A stretch of DNA of 64,000 nucleotides from positions 6,369 through 70,368 of the IMG/VR virus record IMGVR_UViG_3300013126_004149, one strand, 5' to 3'. Shown here piece after piece: positions 1-11,124 of this stretch. The position numbers were made by a program, and so were the translations under genes. This DNA is from a virus. A model generated the notes under the pieces. That model did no database searches and was not told where the DNA came from. It saw nothing but the letters and a program-made list of their open reading frames with translations. Each line of letters starts with the position of its first letter. The stretch's first letter is position 1.

Positions 1-2
1 AA

Positions 3-830
3 TTATATAATTTTATTAAATATTCATATAATAATGAAGTTATACAATCATATAGAGATGGTTTAGAAATAGATATATATTTACCTGAATTAAATTTAGG
101 ATTTGAATTTAACGGTTTATATTGGCATTCAGAAAAACATAAAGATAAAAATTATCATAAAAATAAAACAAATTATTTTAGGGAAAGAGGCATAAGAATT
201 GTACATATATGGGAGGATAATTGGGTTAATAAAAATGAGATAATAAAATCTCAGATAAAAAACTTATTAAATAAAACCGAAATTAAGTTATTTGCTAGAA
301 GGTGTGGGGTTAGAGAAGTCTCTTTAAATGAGTGTAGAGAATTTTTAGATAATAATCATATACAAGGATATGTTAATTCTAAAGTCAAAATAGGTCTTTA
401 TTATAACGATGAATTAGTTAGTTTGATGACATTTGATCAATTTGAAGGTCGTAAAAAAATGGAAGAAGGTGGGTGGAATTTGTCTAGATTTTGTAATAAA
501 CTAAATACTAATGTTATTGGAGGAGCTTCAAAACTCTTAAACTATTTTATCAAAACATATTTACCAAAGAGGATTGTTAGTTACGCTGATCGAGATTGGT
601 CAGTCGGTAATTTATATTATAAGTTAGGATTTAAAATGATCAATGAATCTAGACCTGATTATAAATATATTATTTCTAATAAAAGAGTTAATAAATCCAG
701 ATATAGAAAATCTAATTTAATATTGGTAAATTCTAAAAATGTTGATTTATCAGAATCTAAAGAGATGTTAAATAGAAATATTTTAAAAATTTGGGATTGT
801 GGTAAAATAAAATTTGAATTTACTCATTAA
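3..830 (+). CDS. Homing endonuclease-like protein (Vsr/EDxHD-type PD-(D/E)xK, Hef-like), 5'-truncated by the window edge
   Basis: The frame is open from nt 3 (LEIDIYLPELNLGFEFNGLYWHSE...IVHIWED) and continues into track ORF 423..830 (LSRFCNKLNTNVIGGASKLL...IWDCG). This architecture is typical of large-phage free-standing endonucleases. Confidence 0.75.
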   Translation, partial: LYNFIKYSYNNEVIQSYRDGLEIDIYLPELNLGFEFNGLYWHSEKHKDKNYHKNKTNYFRERGIRIVHIWEDNWVNKNEIIKSQIKNLLNKTEIKLFARRCGVREVSLNECREFLDNNHIQGYVNSKVKIGLYYNDELVSLMTFDQFEGRKKMEEGGWNLSRFCNKLNTNVIGGASKLLNYFIKTYLPKRIVSYADRDWSVGNLYYKLGFKMINESRPDYKYIISNKRVNKSRYRKSNLILVNSKNVDLSESKEMLNRNILKIWDCGKIKFEFTH

Positions 831-846
831 TTCATTAATTAGAGTT

Positions 847-2232
847 TTATTTTGATTTACCAAATCCGGTAATTTTTCCATTCTTATCTCCTTTATCTTC
901 TTCATCATCCCATCTGGTGTTAAAGAAGTTTTCGTGATCATTTACAATTTTAACATCTGAATCCATTGTTGCGAAAGGTCCTAATTGACCTGATCTAAAT
1001 ATACCACCAATCATATCACTATTTAAATATCCATCCATAAAGAAACAGTTATTTAAATTAGATCCTTCTACTCTACAAGAGAGTATTTTAGTATTAATTA
1101 ATTCGGTATGTTCTATAGTTGATTTTGATATTTGTGAATTTCTAACTTCACATCCTAGTAGAGTTGAGCTTTCAAATATACCGTTAAGATCACAATTTAT
1201 AAACTCGTAGTTTTTAAGTGTTGATGAGGCTTTTATTTTAGCATCAACTATTTCTATAGTTTGTGTTAGAGTAACATAATTTATTATACATTCTTTTAAG
1301 TCTGTAGTCCCATCAATTAAATTATATAACTTTGGAAATATTTTATCATAATAAGATGATACAATATCATAATTACTACTTTGATCTATTTGTAATTGAA
1401 TTGTTGGGTAATCAACTATAAAATTATCATACTTTGAAAAATTATTAAATTGTTTAATGTTATTCTCCAAATAGTCCGCTAATTTATTAATATCTTCTGA
1501 ATTAAATCCAACATCGATTGAGTTCCAAGTGTTTATGATAAATCTATCTAAGAAATAAATAAGTTGTCCTGGATTTTTTTCATAATCTTTACCACCAATA
1601 TATCTATATTCTAATCTTTGACTTTTAACTTCATTTGTAATATTTAAAAAGTTTATACCATAATATTTATCATTTGGAATTCTAATATTGTTTTTAACAA
1701 CGCCAATTGGTATATTAAAAAAGTCATACTCTTTATATGGTATTATTTTTTTAATTGTTTTTGCATAAACATTATCTTTTCTAGATGGGAAATATCTATA
1801 AATTTCATCTTCATCTGTGTTTAATATTAGTTTTAATATATTTAAATCGTTTAAGTTTTTTTCTTCATCTTTAAAAGAAAGGTTAAAGTGTATGGAACAT
1901 TTATCATTGGTATATCCGTACTTTTGTATAAAATTTAGTATTTTTATAAAATAATACTTTGCATCAAAGTATTCAAGTGGTCCAGTTACTAGTTCTACTA
2001 GATTATTACCACCGGAAAGATCTGGTTCAATTTTAAAATTATCTTTATCAGGTGTAAAATCAGAATGATATTTTCTAAAACCCCAAACTTTAACTGGGTT
2101 TAATTCAATATTAAGCATTTCGAGAGTTTTATAAAAAGAAAGATCTTTCATATAAAATTCAAATTCAAAACCTATTAGTGCATTTTTAAGTTTAGAAGAT
2201 TGGTTTAAAAATTTATCAGAATATTTATTCAT
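847..2232 (-). CDS. Putative amidoligase (COOH-NH2 ligase type 2-like) with C-terminal low-complexity beta-repeat region
   Basis: Motifs IGFEFEF, VELVTGP, CSIHFNLS, KYYGINF and LEYRYIGG match the phage amidoligase pattern. Confidence 0.6.
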   Translation of the reverse strand: MNKYSDKFLNQSSKLKNALIGFEFEFYMKDLSFYKTLEMLNIELNPVKVWGFRKYHSDFTPDKDNFKIEPDLSGGNNLVELVTGPLEYFDAKYYFIKILNFIQKYGYTNDKCSIHFNLSFKDEEKNLNDLNILKLILNTDEDEIYRYFPSRKDNVYAKTIKKIIPYKEYDFFNIPIGVVKNNIRIPNDKYYGINFLNITNEVKSQRLEYRYIGGKDYEKNPGQLIYFLDRFIINTWNSIDVGFNSEDINKLADYLENNIKQFNNFSKYDNFIVDYPTIQLQIDQSSNYDIVSSYYDKIFPKLYNLIDGTTDLKECIINYVTLTQTIEIVDAKIKASSTLKNYEFINCDLNGIFESSTLLGCEVRNSQISKSTIEHTELINTKILSCRVEGSNLNNCFFMDGYLNSDMIGGIFRSGQLGPFATMDSDVKIVNDHENFFNTRWDDEEDKGDKNGKITGFGKSK

Positions 2233-2271
2233 AGTATTATATATATTAAATATTTATTTCCGATTTTTTTC

Positions 2272-2298
2272 AGGGAAGACTTTTTAGTTTATATATAA
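2272..2298 (+). promoter_or_regulatory. Representative phage promoter-like motif (GGGA-N13-TATATATA)
   Basis: W-W-A/T-TATATA lies 5-40 nt upstream of most gene starts on both strands. A subset also has GGGA 16-17 nt upstream of the TATATATA start (2273, 25870, 43440, and 42659 on the minus strand). Confidence 0.55.
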
Positions 2299-2331
2299 TC
2301 AAATAGTAAATATAAAATTTTAAAAAAGTTA

Positions 2332-2721
2332 ATGAATTTTTTCTGTGTTTATGTTAAAACTCGTAAAAAGATTGATAAGTATATTAAGATCAATAGGGTT
2401 AAAAACAAATATATTATAGATATTAAAAAGATAATTGAAGAAGAAGAATTAGACCCTAATGGAGACAAAACTTATTTAAAAATAATTGTTTTTAATAAAA
2501 TACAACAGGCTATATCAAAAAATAAAGATATTTATTATATACCGGACTTTGATAATGAATTTTCAATTGAAAAATTATTAAATCTTAAAAAGATATTGGG
2601 GGAAAATCAGTTTAATGTTCTCATATTCTACAATGAGTTTAGAAAAGATACATCTATAATCGATGATGTATTTGGAAATCTTTCGAAATTTACAAACAGT
2701 CAAATAATAAGAGACTATTAG
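2332..2721 (+). CDS. Hypothetical protein
   Basis: 129-aa ORF preceded by a TATATA promoter-like motif. Confidence 0.6.
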   Translation: MNFFCVYVKTRKKIDKYIKINRVKNKYIIDIKKIIEEEELDPNGDKTYLKIIVFNKIQQAISKNKDIYYIPDFDNEFSIEKLLNLKKILGENQFNVLIFYNEFRKDTSIIDDVFGNLSKFTNSQIIRDY

Positions 2722-2753
2722 TATTAATATATAAAAGAAAATATTAATTTAAT

Positions 2754-4919
2754 ATGGCAACTATTAATCCTAATGATTCCGGTCAAGTTAGAATTTTAGG
2801 TGGATCACCACTTGGTTTGATAGGAGTTCAATCAACACCTTATAGAGGTAGAAGTACATTTAATGGTGGTGGGTCTAGAAATTTTAACGTATCCGGATAT
2901 AATGATTCTAAGAGTAATATTTATTTCGCAAATGATAGTGGAAACTCATTACTGACCGGTAAGAGAGTTAATAATCCATGGCCACAAACTCCTTTTATTG
3001 ATGATGGTTTCTATGATACGACTGGTTTAGGTGGTGATCAAAAAAGTTACAAAAGATCAGATGTTAATAAAGGGGATTCAGAATATGATACATCTGTTTT
3101 AAATATAATTGAAAAGTTAGCTAATACAAAGGCTGCTTTAAGACCAACCGATTTTGCATATTGTAAAAATTTAGGTGTTTATCCAAATAATAGATTGGTT
3201 GTAGTTAGAAGATTTTTGGGACCTTCAGAAGATAATATATTTACAAAGTTGTCAGGGGGTGAATTGGGAGCACTAGCAGTTGTTATAAGTTGGGTTAAGG
3301 AAGATGAGGATTTTTTAAGTTTGGATTTTGGAGAGGAATGGGGAGAAGCTGAAGGTAGCTTTACTGGTATTATAAATAGCATAGGTGAAGATTTTGGTAG
3401 AAAGGCTTCCATGGGTTTGGGTACTATGGCTGAACAAGGTATGGGTGGATTGCCTTTCCCTGGTTTTAGTGAAATAATGACGAGGAAATTTATGGCTAAA
3501 ATGGGTATCTTAAATGAAGATGAATCAATGCTACCTGTTGGTAATCCAAATCTAATAAAACAAGCAAAAGTTAGAAAAACCATTGGATATGACGAAGTTG
3601 GTGCCGGTTTAAATACAACATTTAGTTTTAAAGTTACTGCAGAATATGAATTGAAATTTATATCAGGAATAGATCCAACTTTAGTTTGGATGGACCTTAT
3701 TTCAAATTTTGCGAGATTTGGTACATCTAAGAGTGATACATTTGGATTGAGTAAAAAATTCTCTCAAAAAATGAAACAGTGGATTAATAATCCTAGTTTG
3801 CTTGTTAAGAATATGGCGTCTGGTTTAAAAGATGTTGTTTTAGATTCTTTGGAAACGTTCAAAGAAACAATAAATGAGATGGTATCTAGTGATCCAGCTA
3901 AAGATTCAGAAAGTCCGGATGAAAGAATGAAGAATAAGGCTCTTGGATTTGTTGAAAAAATGAAGAATAATTTACCTAAAATACTTAAACAGATATTAGG
4001 AAAATATAAAATAAAGGCTATTGGTATTATAAATGCATTATCTGGATTACCATCAACTCCCTGGCATATAACAATAGGAAATCCGATGAGACCAATATTC
4101 TCATCAGGTGATATGTATATGGATAGTGTTAACTTAAAGTTGGGATCTCAATTATCTTTTAATGATTTACCTACAAATCTAACATTGGAATTCACTCTAA
4201 AAAATGCAAGGGCTTGGGGTATGCAAGAAATAATGGCTAAATTCAACAAGGGTTATTTAAGGTCAGTTAATTTTACTTCAAAAATGCCTCTTTCTTATAA
4301 TGAGATTAATGATACTAAAGTAACTGCTAGTTATTCAACTCCAATTAGTGGTTCTTTCTCGGCCGCTAGTAATCCAGGTGCGATTAATAACACCCCTGGA
4401 TCAGAAACGGCTGCGACGGTGGGTGGTGATACTGGTGTTGTTACAGTTAAGGCGGAAAATAATAAAGTTCCGTTAAAGGGAACTAAAGATGATAAAGGGA
4501 ATTTAAAATTCAATAATAACGAAAGGTTAGTTCTAACAGATAAAGCTAAAGATGGTAAAACAACATATAAGACTTATACTTATGTTAAAAATAAAGATGG
4601 TGGATATACTAGTTATATTTCTGGAAAAGACAAAGATGGTAAGAATGTAAACTCAACTAAAATAGTTGAGGCTGGATCAGCAGAGGCTAAAAAATTAGAT
4701 AAATTGTTTGATACTAATGGTAATTTAGTTAATGGTGCTCAATCGAGTGTCACAGGTAAAGATGCCAATGGTGGTATTACTGGAATTAATGATTGGGATG
4801 CGAGTGCTGCGAGTCAAAAAAATGCTCTGGCAAAAGCTTCTCAACCAAAACCAATTGTTTCTGATAATACAAATGTTTCTGTTGTTCAAGTTCAACCTAT
4901 TAAATTTCCAAATAGTTAA
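2754..4919 (+). CDS. Putative virion structural protein (baseplate or tail-tube initiator-like)
   Basis: 721 aa, Gly-rich, with PWHITIGNPMRPIFS..D and FNDLP motifs. It lies immediately upstream of a gp53-like gene; the call rests mainly on context. Confidence 0.45.
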   Translation: MATINPNDSGQVRILGGSPLGLIGVQSTPYRGRSTFNGGGSRNFNVSGYNDSKSNIYFANDSGNSLLTGKRVNNPWPQTPFIDDGFYDTTGLGGDQKSYKRSDVNKGDSEYDTSVLNIIEKLANTKAALRPTDFAYCKNLGVYPNNRLVVVRRFLGPSEDNIFTKLSGGELGALAVVISWVKEDEDFLSLDFGEEWGEAEGSFTGIINSIGEDFGRKASMGLGTMAEQGMGGLPFPGFSEIMTRKFMAKMGILNEDESMLPVGNPNLIKQAKVRKTIGYDEVGAGLNTTFSFKVTAEYELKFISGIDPTLVWMDLISNFARFGTSKSDTFGLSKKFSQKMKQWINNPSLLVKNMASGLKDVVLDSLETFKETINEMVSSDPAKDSESPDERMKNKALGFVEKMKNNLPKILKQILGKYKIKAIGIINALSGLPSTPWHITIGNPMRPIFSSGDMYMDSVNLKLGSQLSFNDLPTNLTLEFTLKNARAWGMQEIMAKFNKGYLRSVNFTSKMPLSYNEINDTKVTASYSTPISGSFSAASNPGAINNTPGSETAATVGGDTGVVTVKAENNKVPLKGTKDDKGNLKFNNNERLVLTDKAKDGKTTYKTYTYVKNKDGGYTSYISGKDKDGKNVNSTKIVEAGSAEAKKLDKLFDTNGNLVNGAQSSVTGKDANGGITGINDWDASAASQKNALAKASQPKPIVSDNTNVSVVQVQPIKFPNS

Positions 4920-4973
4920 AAGTTCGTTTATATATTTATTCATAAGAGATAATTAACTATTAATATATATTAC

Positions 4974-5471
4974 ATGGATATTGAATATTTTAAATTAGTT
5001 AAATACTCAAATACTTTGGGTAGATATGCTTTGGAAACTCCTTCTCATATTTACGAAAATCTAATTCTGGATACTTATATTGTTCAGGAACATGAGGAAA
5101 TGAGATTTGATTTAATTATGGAATCTATTTATGAATCAAGTTTATATTATGAATATTTAGATGTTATATTATACATAAATAGTATAGATAATCCATTGAA
5201 TGTTTTAAATGGACAAGTTATATTATATCCAAGTAAAGACGATCTAGATTCTTTTAGATTGAAAATACAGAGTACAGAATTTCTTGGAGAAACTCCGTCT
5301 ATAAATGGAAATCACAGTAAGGTTAATAGAGTTGACCAAAATAGAATTGATTTTATTAATAATAATTACACATTAAATCCTGTTCAGTCAACAGATAATC
5401 AAAGTTCAATTGTACTTACTAATAGTAGTCCAGGTGGTGATGCTATGTTTACAATAAAAGGATTAAATTAA
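4974..5471 (+). CDS. Baseplate wedge protein, T4 gp53/LysM-tail X-like
   Basis: YIVQEHEEMRFDLIMESIY...ILYINSIDNPLNV..GQVILYP matches the gp53-type R-x-D-L-I...N.I.NP pattern. Confidence 0.6.
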   Translation: MDIEYFKLVKYSNTLGRYALETPSHIYENLILDTYIVQEHEEMRFDLIMESIYESSLYYEYLDVILYINSIDNPLNVLNGQVILYPSKDDLDSFRLKIQSTEFLGETPSINGNHSKVNRVDQNRIDFINNNYTLNPVQSTDNQSSIVLTNSSPGGDAMFTIKGLN

Positions 5472-5476
5472 AAGTT

Positions 5477-8400
5477 ATGGGTGAAAAAATAAACAAGTTT
5501 GTAGAGTCTTTTAATAAAGAACTAGATATTAGAGTTTCTAAGCAATTAGAAAATGATAAAAAATATAAAGAATTAAGAGATACTGCTATAAGAAATAGTA
5601 GTCTTAAACTAGGTAAATGGCCAGATGATCCAAATGTTAAAACTATTGGAGATTTACTTAAATATGTTTTTCCAGAAAATAGGTTTTCAAAATTTAGACA
5701 GCCTCAATCAGTTTTAGGTGGAACAACGGCAAATCCAGAATATATTGACTTCATTAAAGATGTGAAAAACGATTCTGTAAGGGAATCTTATGAACAATTA
5801 ATGAAATTAATTGGTGGAATTGATTATAATAAGTTTAAAACCAATGGGGGTGGTCAATATTGGTTTGATCTTTTTATGAAAAGTTTTTATGATATTGTAA
5901 GTAAGGATGACAATTTTATATCTAAGAGTGTTGATGAGATTAAAAATAATACAGGAAGTTATGCCATAAGTCGTTTTGATAATAAAATCAAAGATGGTAC
6001 ATGGATGATAAATAAAGGTAGAAAAACCTCTGATTATTTAGACTATATTTTATTTTATTCATATCTAATAAATGAAAATGATCTTAATAATTATAGATCT
6101 ATTGAGCTTAGTATATTGAATCTTGCTGAAAAGAGAGGTGGTTTAGATGATAATGAGGATGAAATTATAAAACCGGAAAATAAAGATAAAAGAAATTCGG
6201 ATCTATTATATCAAGCATTTTTAGAAGCTGGTGATTCTTATTCTGGTCCAAATACTAAAAAAATAGATGATTTAAACAGTGATGAAGTAAAAGAACAATT
6301 AGTTGAAAAGGATAAAATATCCGAATCTGATAAGACTAAAAATTTAGAAGAAGTTCCTAAAGAAACAATATCTGGGACTCCAAGTGCTACAATATCTGGA
6401 ACTCCAAGTTCTATAAATTCAGTGATTGAATCTAGTGGTTACATAGGAGTAACTGGTAAATACTCAACTATTTATATACCAGATATACCAAAAAATCACT
6501 CAACTGTTATAAGTGCTGTAATATTTTATCCAAGTGATCTAGTTAATAATAGGGAAAAGTCTAAACCGGTTGAATTAAAAGATTATAAAACATATAAATT
6601 GTCCGATAGTGTTAAGGGTGATTTTTATTTATATAAAGAAGACCCAATTTCTAAACCGAAAGATAAATCCGGGGCTACATTCTCATATGATCTTTATAAG
6701 AGCAAAACAATATATGGTAAATTTGAAAAAGGTGATTGGGGTAAAATTATTCTACCAACTTCTGGTGGTACTGCATCGGGATTAAGTGCATCTGGGACGG
6801 CTAGTGGGTGGATAATTAAAAGTTCTGTTGTTGAAAGACCCGAATATAACTCTATGTTATCAACTTTAACATCTATAATACCTGATTGGTTTAAAAAGTA
6901 TGTAATTGTTATTCCAAATTCAGAAACTGTAGATTATAAATCATTAAAAGCTGAAATAATAAGAGAAACTGAAAACAAGTATATAAAACATAAAGACTTG
7001 AATCTACTAACGGTTTCTACTTCAATAAATTCGGTGGATAATCAATTATCTGATTTTAAAAATATTATGATAGTTGATCCCTTTGTTTTAGAGTGGGATA
7101 GTTTTAAAAATAAAATAGATAAATTTTTAGAAACTAATCAAGATGGAATATACATGATATATAATTTGGATAGTCAAATTAAATCAGATGTTATAAGTGG
7201 ATCTCAAAGTGGTACTCAAAGTGGTACTCAGAGTAAGAGTAGTTTAAAATCAACTGTTTCAAAGAAGAAGAGTAAATCGACAGTTAAAAAAGAAAGATCA
7301 TTTGGTGATGAATATACATCATTTCTTAAACAATATGATCTTATATTAAATAATAAAATATCAGAATATTCATCTAAAATATCAGAATATAATAAAATTA
7401 AAATTGAAGCTATTAAAATATCAGATCCATATACTGATTCTACTGGTAAAAAAATAGATTTTCCAAAAGATTGTAATACAGTTGGTGAGGCATTTTCAAA
7501 GATATTTCCAGATAATGATAAGTATAGTAGGAACGCATTTCCAACTTTAGAAGATCAAATAAAGATTCGAGATTTAATTCTCGATAAGTATAAAGTAGGT
7601 GAAATTGAAATTTTCAAAACTTTATATAAAAATAGCAGTTCCTTTTTTTATATAAAAAATTTAAATCATATAAAAGATCATGGTGGCGCCATCTATTGGA
7701 TGGATCTATTTTATAAGACATTTTCAGAGTTTATAATTGAGTTAAGAACTAGTGATGAAGATATTAAAAAAATAGATTACTTTGACAAATTAAGAAATGA
7801 TAGTAGTTATTATTATTTTTTGGAAAAATTAAAAAAGAGTTTTGATGAATACATTGATGTTACAATTAGTAATAGTTTTATTTCAAACACATCAGAAAAC
7901 TCAATTAAGAGTTCACTTTTACAAGGTTCATTTTTAAATATTTATTTAAATAGAAATTCTCTACCATTTATTGATCCAACTGGGTTAAGTGCTTCTACTG
8001 TGGTTCCTGTTACTGATCTATCAAGATATAGCAATAGTAATAAGATTGAAGAATTACATGAGACCTTACTTTTAGGTAAAAACTCAGTATTGGTATCAGA
8101 AGAAAGTGATCCTTTAATTATGATGGAGGATTTTTTCAGTGCAAATAGATTGACTTTAGAAAATTCATTAACAACATTTATACCATCAGCTGATACTGAA
8201 GATAATAGAAATAAAGAAAGTGTTTTAGATGGTTCTATAAAATGTGACTTGAAAATAATTGGATTAGATGAGAATCCTAATGGAGATGGATATCATTTGG
8301 TTATAAATTCTGGTGAAGAATTGCCAGAAATAAGAATAGAATTAATTGCTAAATTTAATCCAGAAGATGAATATAAAATGTCAAGAATAAAAATTAATGG

Positions 8401-9190
8401 TTTGGGTGATGAATATTTGGATGATGATTATATTATAGATAATACAAATATAAATGATAGTACAGGATCTTTATATACTGAAGAAGATTTAAAGGAATTC
8501 GAAGATAGTGGTTTTGTTGAAATCGGAATGTCTCTTGATGAACCAAAAAATATAATTGATAATAGTTCTTCATCTAACGATGTTACTAATTTAGAAGTTG
8601 GGAAAGGTCCAATGATGGGTAGTAAGTTACTTAATAAAGCTGGAGATTCTATGATAAATCTAGCTGGTCATAGATTGAAAAATATACCAGCTGATTTACA
8701 AAATTATTTAAGAGCTAATGGATTCCCAGGTACAGTAATTGGAAGTAATGGTATAATGAGAAATCTAAAGGAGTCCACTTATCCAAATAGTAAAGCAAGA
8801 GTTCCGGCTAGTTTTCATGGTTGTGGATTAGCACATGATTTGAAATTTAATATACCTGGTATTAGTTGGTCTGGTATTGGAAGCAATAGTAATTTAGCAA
8901 GTAATCAAAAGTTAAATTTAGTAATTTGGGAATGGACTAAAAAACAGGGAGACTTAGAATGGGGTGGTCAATGGGGTGTTAATAAGGGTACTAATAATGA
9001 CGCTGGTGTTGTAAACGGTTGGGGTGTAACCGAATATCATCATTTCCAAATAAAGCCTAAAATGAATTATAAGTATTGGGAACCTGTAAAAGAAGAGTTG
9101 GATAAATTAGGTTTTAAAACAACAGATTTTACCGCAAATGGTAAAGGTTCTAATTTATACAAATTGATGATAAAATTAGCAGGTGGTTAA
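5477..9190 (+). CDS. Large virion-associated protein with C-terminal M15-family (L-Ala-D-Glu or D,D) peptidase
   Basis: The C-terminus has R...SFHGCGLAHD...EWGGQW...EYHHFQ, the SxHxxGxAxD and HxQ zinc ligands of M15 peptidases. There is an internal duplicated segment (PDDP..KTIGDLLKYVFPEN / PKDC.TVGEAFSKIFPDN; GGGQYWFDLF / GGAIYWMDLF). Confidence 0.65.
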   Translation: MGEKINKFVESFNKELDIRVSKQLENDKKYKELRDTAIRNSSLKLGKWPDDPNVKTIGDLLKYVFPENRFSKFRQPQSVLGGTTANPEYIDFIKDVKNDSVRESYEQLMKLIGGIDYNKFKTNGGGQYWFDLFMKSFYDIVSKDDNFISKSVDEIKNNTGSYAISRFDNKIKDGTWMINKGRKTSDYLDYILFYSYLINENDLNNYRSIELSILNLAEKRGGLDDNEDEIIKPENKDKRNSDLLYQAFLEAGDSYSGPNTKKIDDLNSDEVKEQLVEKDKISESDKTKNLEEVPKETISGTPSATISGTPSSINSVIESSGYIGVTGKYSTIYIPDIPKNHSTVISAVIFYPSDLVNNREKSKPVELKDYKTYKLSDSVKGDFYLYKEDPISKPKDKSGATFSYDLYKSKTIYGKFEKGDWGKIILPTSGGTASGLSASGTASGWIIKSSVVERPEYNSMLSTLTSIIPDWFKKYVIVIPNSETVDYKSLKAEIIRETENKYIKHKDLNLLTVSTSINSVDNQLSDFKNIMIVDPFVLEWDSFKNKIDKFLETNQDGIYMIYNLDSQIKSDVISGSQSGTQSGTQSKSSLKSTVSKKKSKSTVKKERSFGDEYTSFLKQYDLILNNKISEYSSKISEYNKIKIEAIKISDPYTDSTGKKIDFPKDCNTVGEAFSKIFPDNDKYSRNAFPTLEDQIKIRDLILDKYKVGEIEIFKTLYKNSSSFFYIKNLNHIKDHGGAIYWMDLFYKTFSEFIIELRTSDEDIKKIDYFDKLRNDSSYYYFLEKLKKSFDEYIDVTISNSFISNTSENSIKSSLLQGSFLNIYLNRNSLPFIDPTGLSASTVVPVTDLSRYSNSNKIEELHETLLLGKNSVLVSEESDPLIMMEDFFSANRLTLENSLTTFIPSADTEDNRNKESVLDGSIKCDLKIIGLDENPNGDGYHLVINSGEELPEIRIELIAKFNPEDEYKMSRIKINGLGDEYLDDDYIIDNTNINDSTGSLYTEEDLKEFEDSGFVEIGMSLDEPKNIIDNSSSSNDVTNLEVGKGPMMGSKLLNKAGDSMINLAGHRLKNIPADLQNYLRANGFPGTVIGSNGIMRNLKESTYPNSKARVPASFHGCGLAHDLKFNIPGISWSGIGSNSNLASNQKLNLVIWEWTKKQGDLEWGGQWGVNKGTNNDAGVVNGWGVTEYHHFQIKPKMNYKYWEPVKEELDKLGFKTTDFTANGKGSNLYKLMIKLAGG

Positions 9191-11115
9191 TATTGACACC
9201 TAATAAAATGTTCAGTTAGTGCTCCTGATTTTTTAGTCACCGGTCCTTTATAGTTTGGTTTATTTTTATACTGATTTAATCCACGAGTATCACCATAGTG
9301 TCCCCAACCTCCTCTTCTATCCATGAGATAAGGTTTACCATCAGGCGATTTTAGTAAAGGTACACTTACGGTAACATTACCACCACTCACTGTCAATGAT
9401 ATATTATCAATATCCGGCATTAAATTATACTCTCTCAAATGTGGATTTATTTCTAGTGTTAATACATTTAATGTTTGGTGTGCAGTATCTCCAGAACCTC
9501 CAGTTCCGTGTTTTAATAAAAATCCACCAACAGGACCAACATAGTTTATAGTAAAGTTTGTTGTTGATTTACTAATTGTTATTTTTGGCACGGTTTTACC
9601 ACCAATTGTACTGACTCCGTTCCAGAAAGATTCTTTTCCGTATTGAGTCCAACAATCATTGTTGGCACATTTTTCTTTTGGTTTTTCATGTTTTGTATTA
9701 TTTTCAGTAGTTGTTGTAGAAATTTCGGTTTTTGGTGGTTGGTCTGTAGATTGGAGTTGTGAAACTTGTTGAGATCTTAACTTAGCTTCTTCTTCTTTTC
9801 TCTTTCTTTCTTCTTCTTTTACTATTTGATCATCTCTATATGCTTTATCGTAATCATCTTTAGTTGCTAAAGTATATGTAAATTTATTACCATGTAATTC
9901 TGTGTGTTTTTTACATAATTCAAAAAATTCATTTAGTGCATCTGCATTTTCAAAACAATGAGATCCGTCATCTGACCAATTACCAACCGATTTACCACCT
10001 GGTTGTCCAATATGTACATTAATATCAAAGTTAGAAGTACCGTCTCTGTTCTTTTTAGCAGGTTTTGTTATATTATTTGGATAAAAGTCTGGTCTATCAT
10101 ATGCATTATCATACCAAACCATTTGTTTTGAAAATTTGGTAGTAGTAAATGAAGTATATCCACCCCATCTGGAAGTTTGAAAAACATCTATATATTGTGA
10201 TGGTACTAATATTTTAATACCTCTTTCTCGATCAATTTTAAGATTTTTTTCGATATTGGTTTTATCTACAACATCTTTTTTATCATCTAACTTAGTATCA
10301 GCCGGCTTTATATTTTTTAGCAAAGCTATTCTTATATGATGAATTTTCATATCATCATCACTTTTATTATAATCACTAGTTAGAGATATTAAGTTTGGGT
10401 CTAAATTAATTTTATTAATAGATCCTTTCATAGATATTTCCCATGATGCGCCTTTTTCTCCAACGAAATACGATATTATGTATTTTCCAGCGAATTCGCC
10501 TTCTGTGTTTATATTCGCATCTGGTGATATTAATGAAAGAACTGATTTGTATGCATCTCCAAAAAATTTAGAAAATCTATCTTTTTTTAATTTCTTTTCA
10601 AGTTCTGGTAATTGGTCTTCATATAATGTTAATGTTAAAACTTGTCCGGGTTCTGGTAAATTTACTTTTTCTCTTTTTAGAGTATTCTTTTTATCATCTT
10701 TAGATATTTTATCATCTTTATCTTTTTTATCGTTTTCATTTTTTAATCTAGATAATGATGTGAATAGATTATTTAGACTTATTCCACTTCTTTCAATTTT
10801 ATTTAGATTTTGTATAAAGTCATTACTGAGGTTTAATTTTGATAAATCCTTATCTTTTAAGTCTGACAATGAGGTGAAAACAATACCAGCTGCAATTATT
10901 TTTGAAATGTCATCATTTACTAAGTTCTTGTCGATTCCTAAGTTGGATATTGATTTAGATAGTAGGTTTATACTATTTACTAAATTTTTTGCATCGTTTG
11001 ATGAACTACTATTGAATGATATATTGGATATAGAATTCAAATTTATAGAATTCCTCGGTTTTAGTAAATCATTACTAATTGATGACGATAATATCTTATT
11101 TATTTTAAATGACAT
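9187..11115 (-). CDS. Virion-associated protein carrying the C-terminal half of a YkuD/L,D-transpeptidase-like domain
   Basis: ILVPSQY...DINVH...VGNWS...LCKKHTELHGNKFTYTL aligns with the C-terminal half of ORF 50433..51044. Confidence 0.5.
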   Translation of the reverse strand: MSFKINKILSSSISNDLLKPRNSINLNSISNISFNSSSSNDAKNLVNSINLLSKSISNLGIDKNLVNDDISKIIAAGIVFTSLSDLKDKDLSKLNLSNDFIQNLNKIERSGISLNNLFTSLSRLKNENDKKDKDDKISKDDKKNTLKREKVNLPEPGQVLTLTLYEDQLPELEKKLKKDRFSKFFGDAYKSVLSLISPDANINTEGEFAGKYIISYFVGEKGASWEISMKGSINKINLDPNLISLTSDYNKSDDDMKIHHIRIALLKNIKPADTKLDDKKDVVDKTNIEKNLKIDRERGIKILVPSQYIDVFQTSRWGGYTSFTTTKFSKQMVWYDNAYDRPDFYPNNITKPAKKNRDGTSNFDINVHIGQPGGKSVGNWSDDGSHCFENADALNEFFELCKKHTELHGNKFTYTLATKDDYDKAYRDDQIVKEEERKRKEEEAKLRSQQVSQLQSTDQPPKTEISTTTTENNTKHEKPKEKCANNDCWTQYGKESFWNGVSTIGGKTVPKITISKSTTNFTINYVGPVGGFLLKHGTGGSGDTAHQTLNVLTLEINPHLREYNLMPDIDNISLTVSGGNVTVSVPLLKSPDGKPYLMDRRGGWGHYGDTRGLNQYKNKPNYKGPVTKKSGALTEHFIRCQY

Positions 11116-11124
11116 ATATTTTTT

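Noticed and set aside
6364-7230. Short in-frame repeats (TISGTPS x2, SGTQ x3)
   Set aside because: Ordinary low-complexity linker expansions within a large virion protein.
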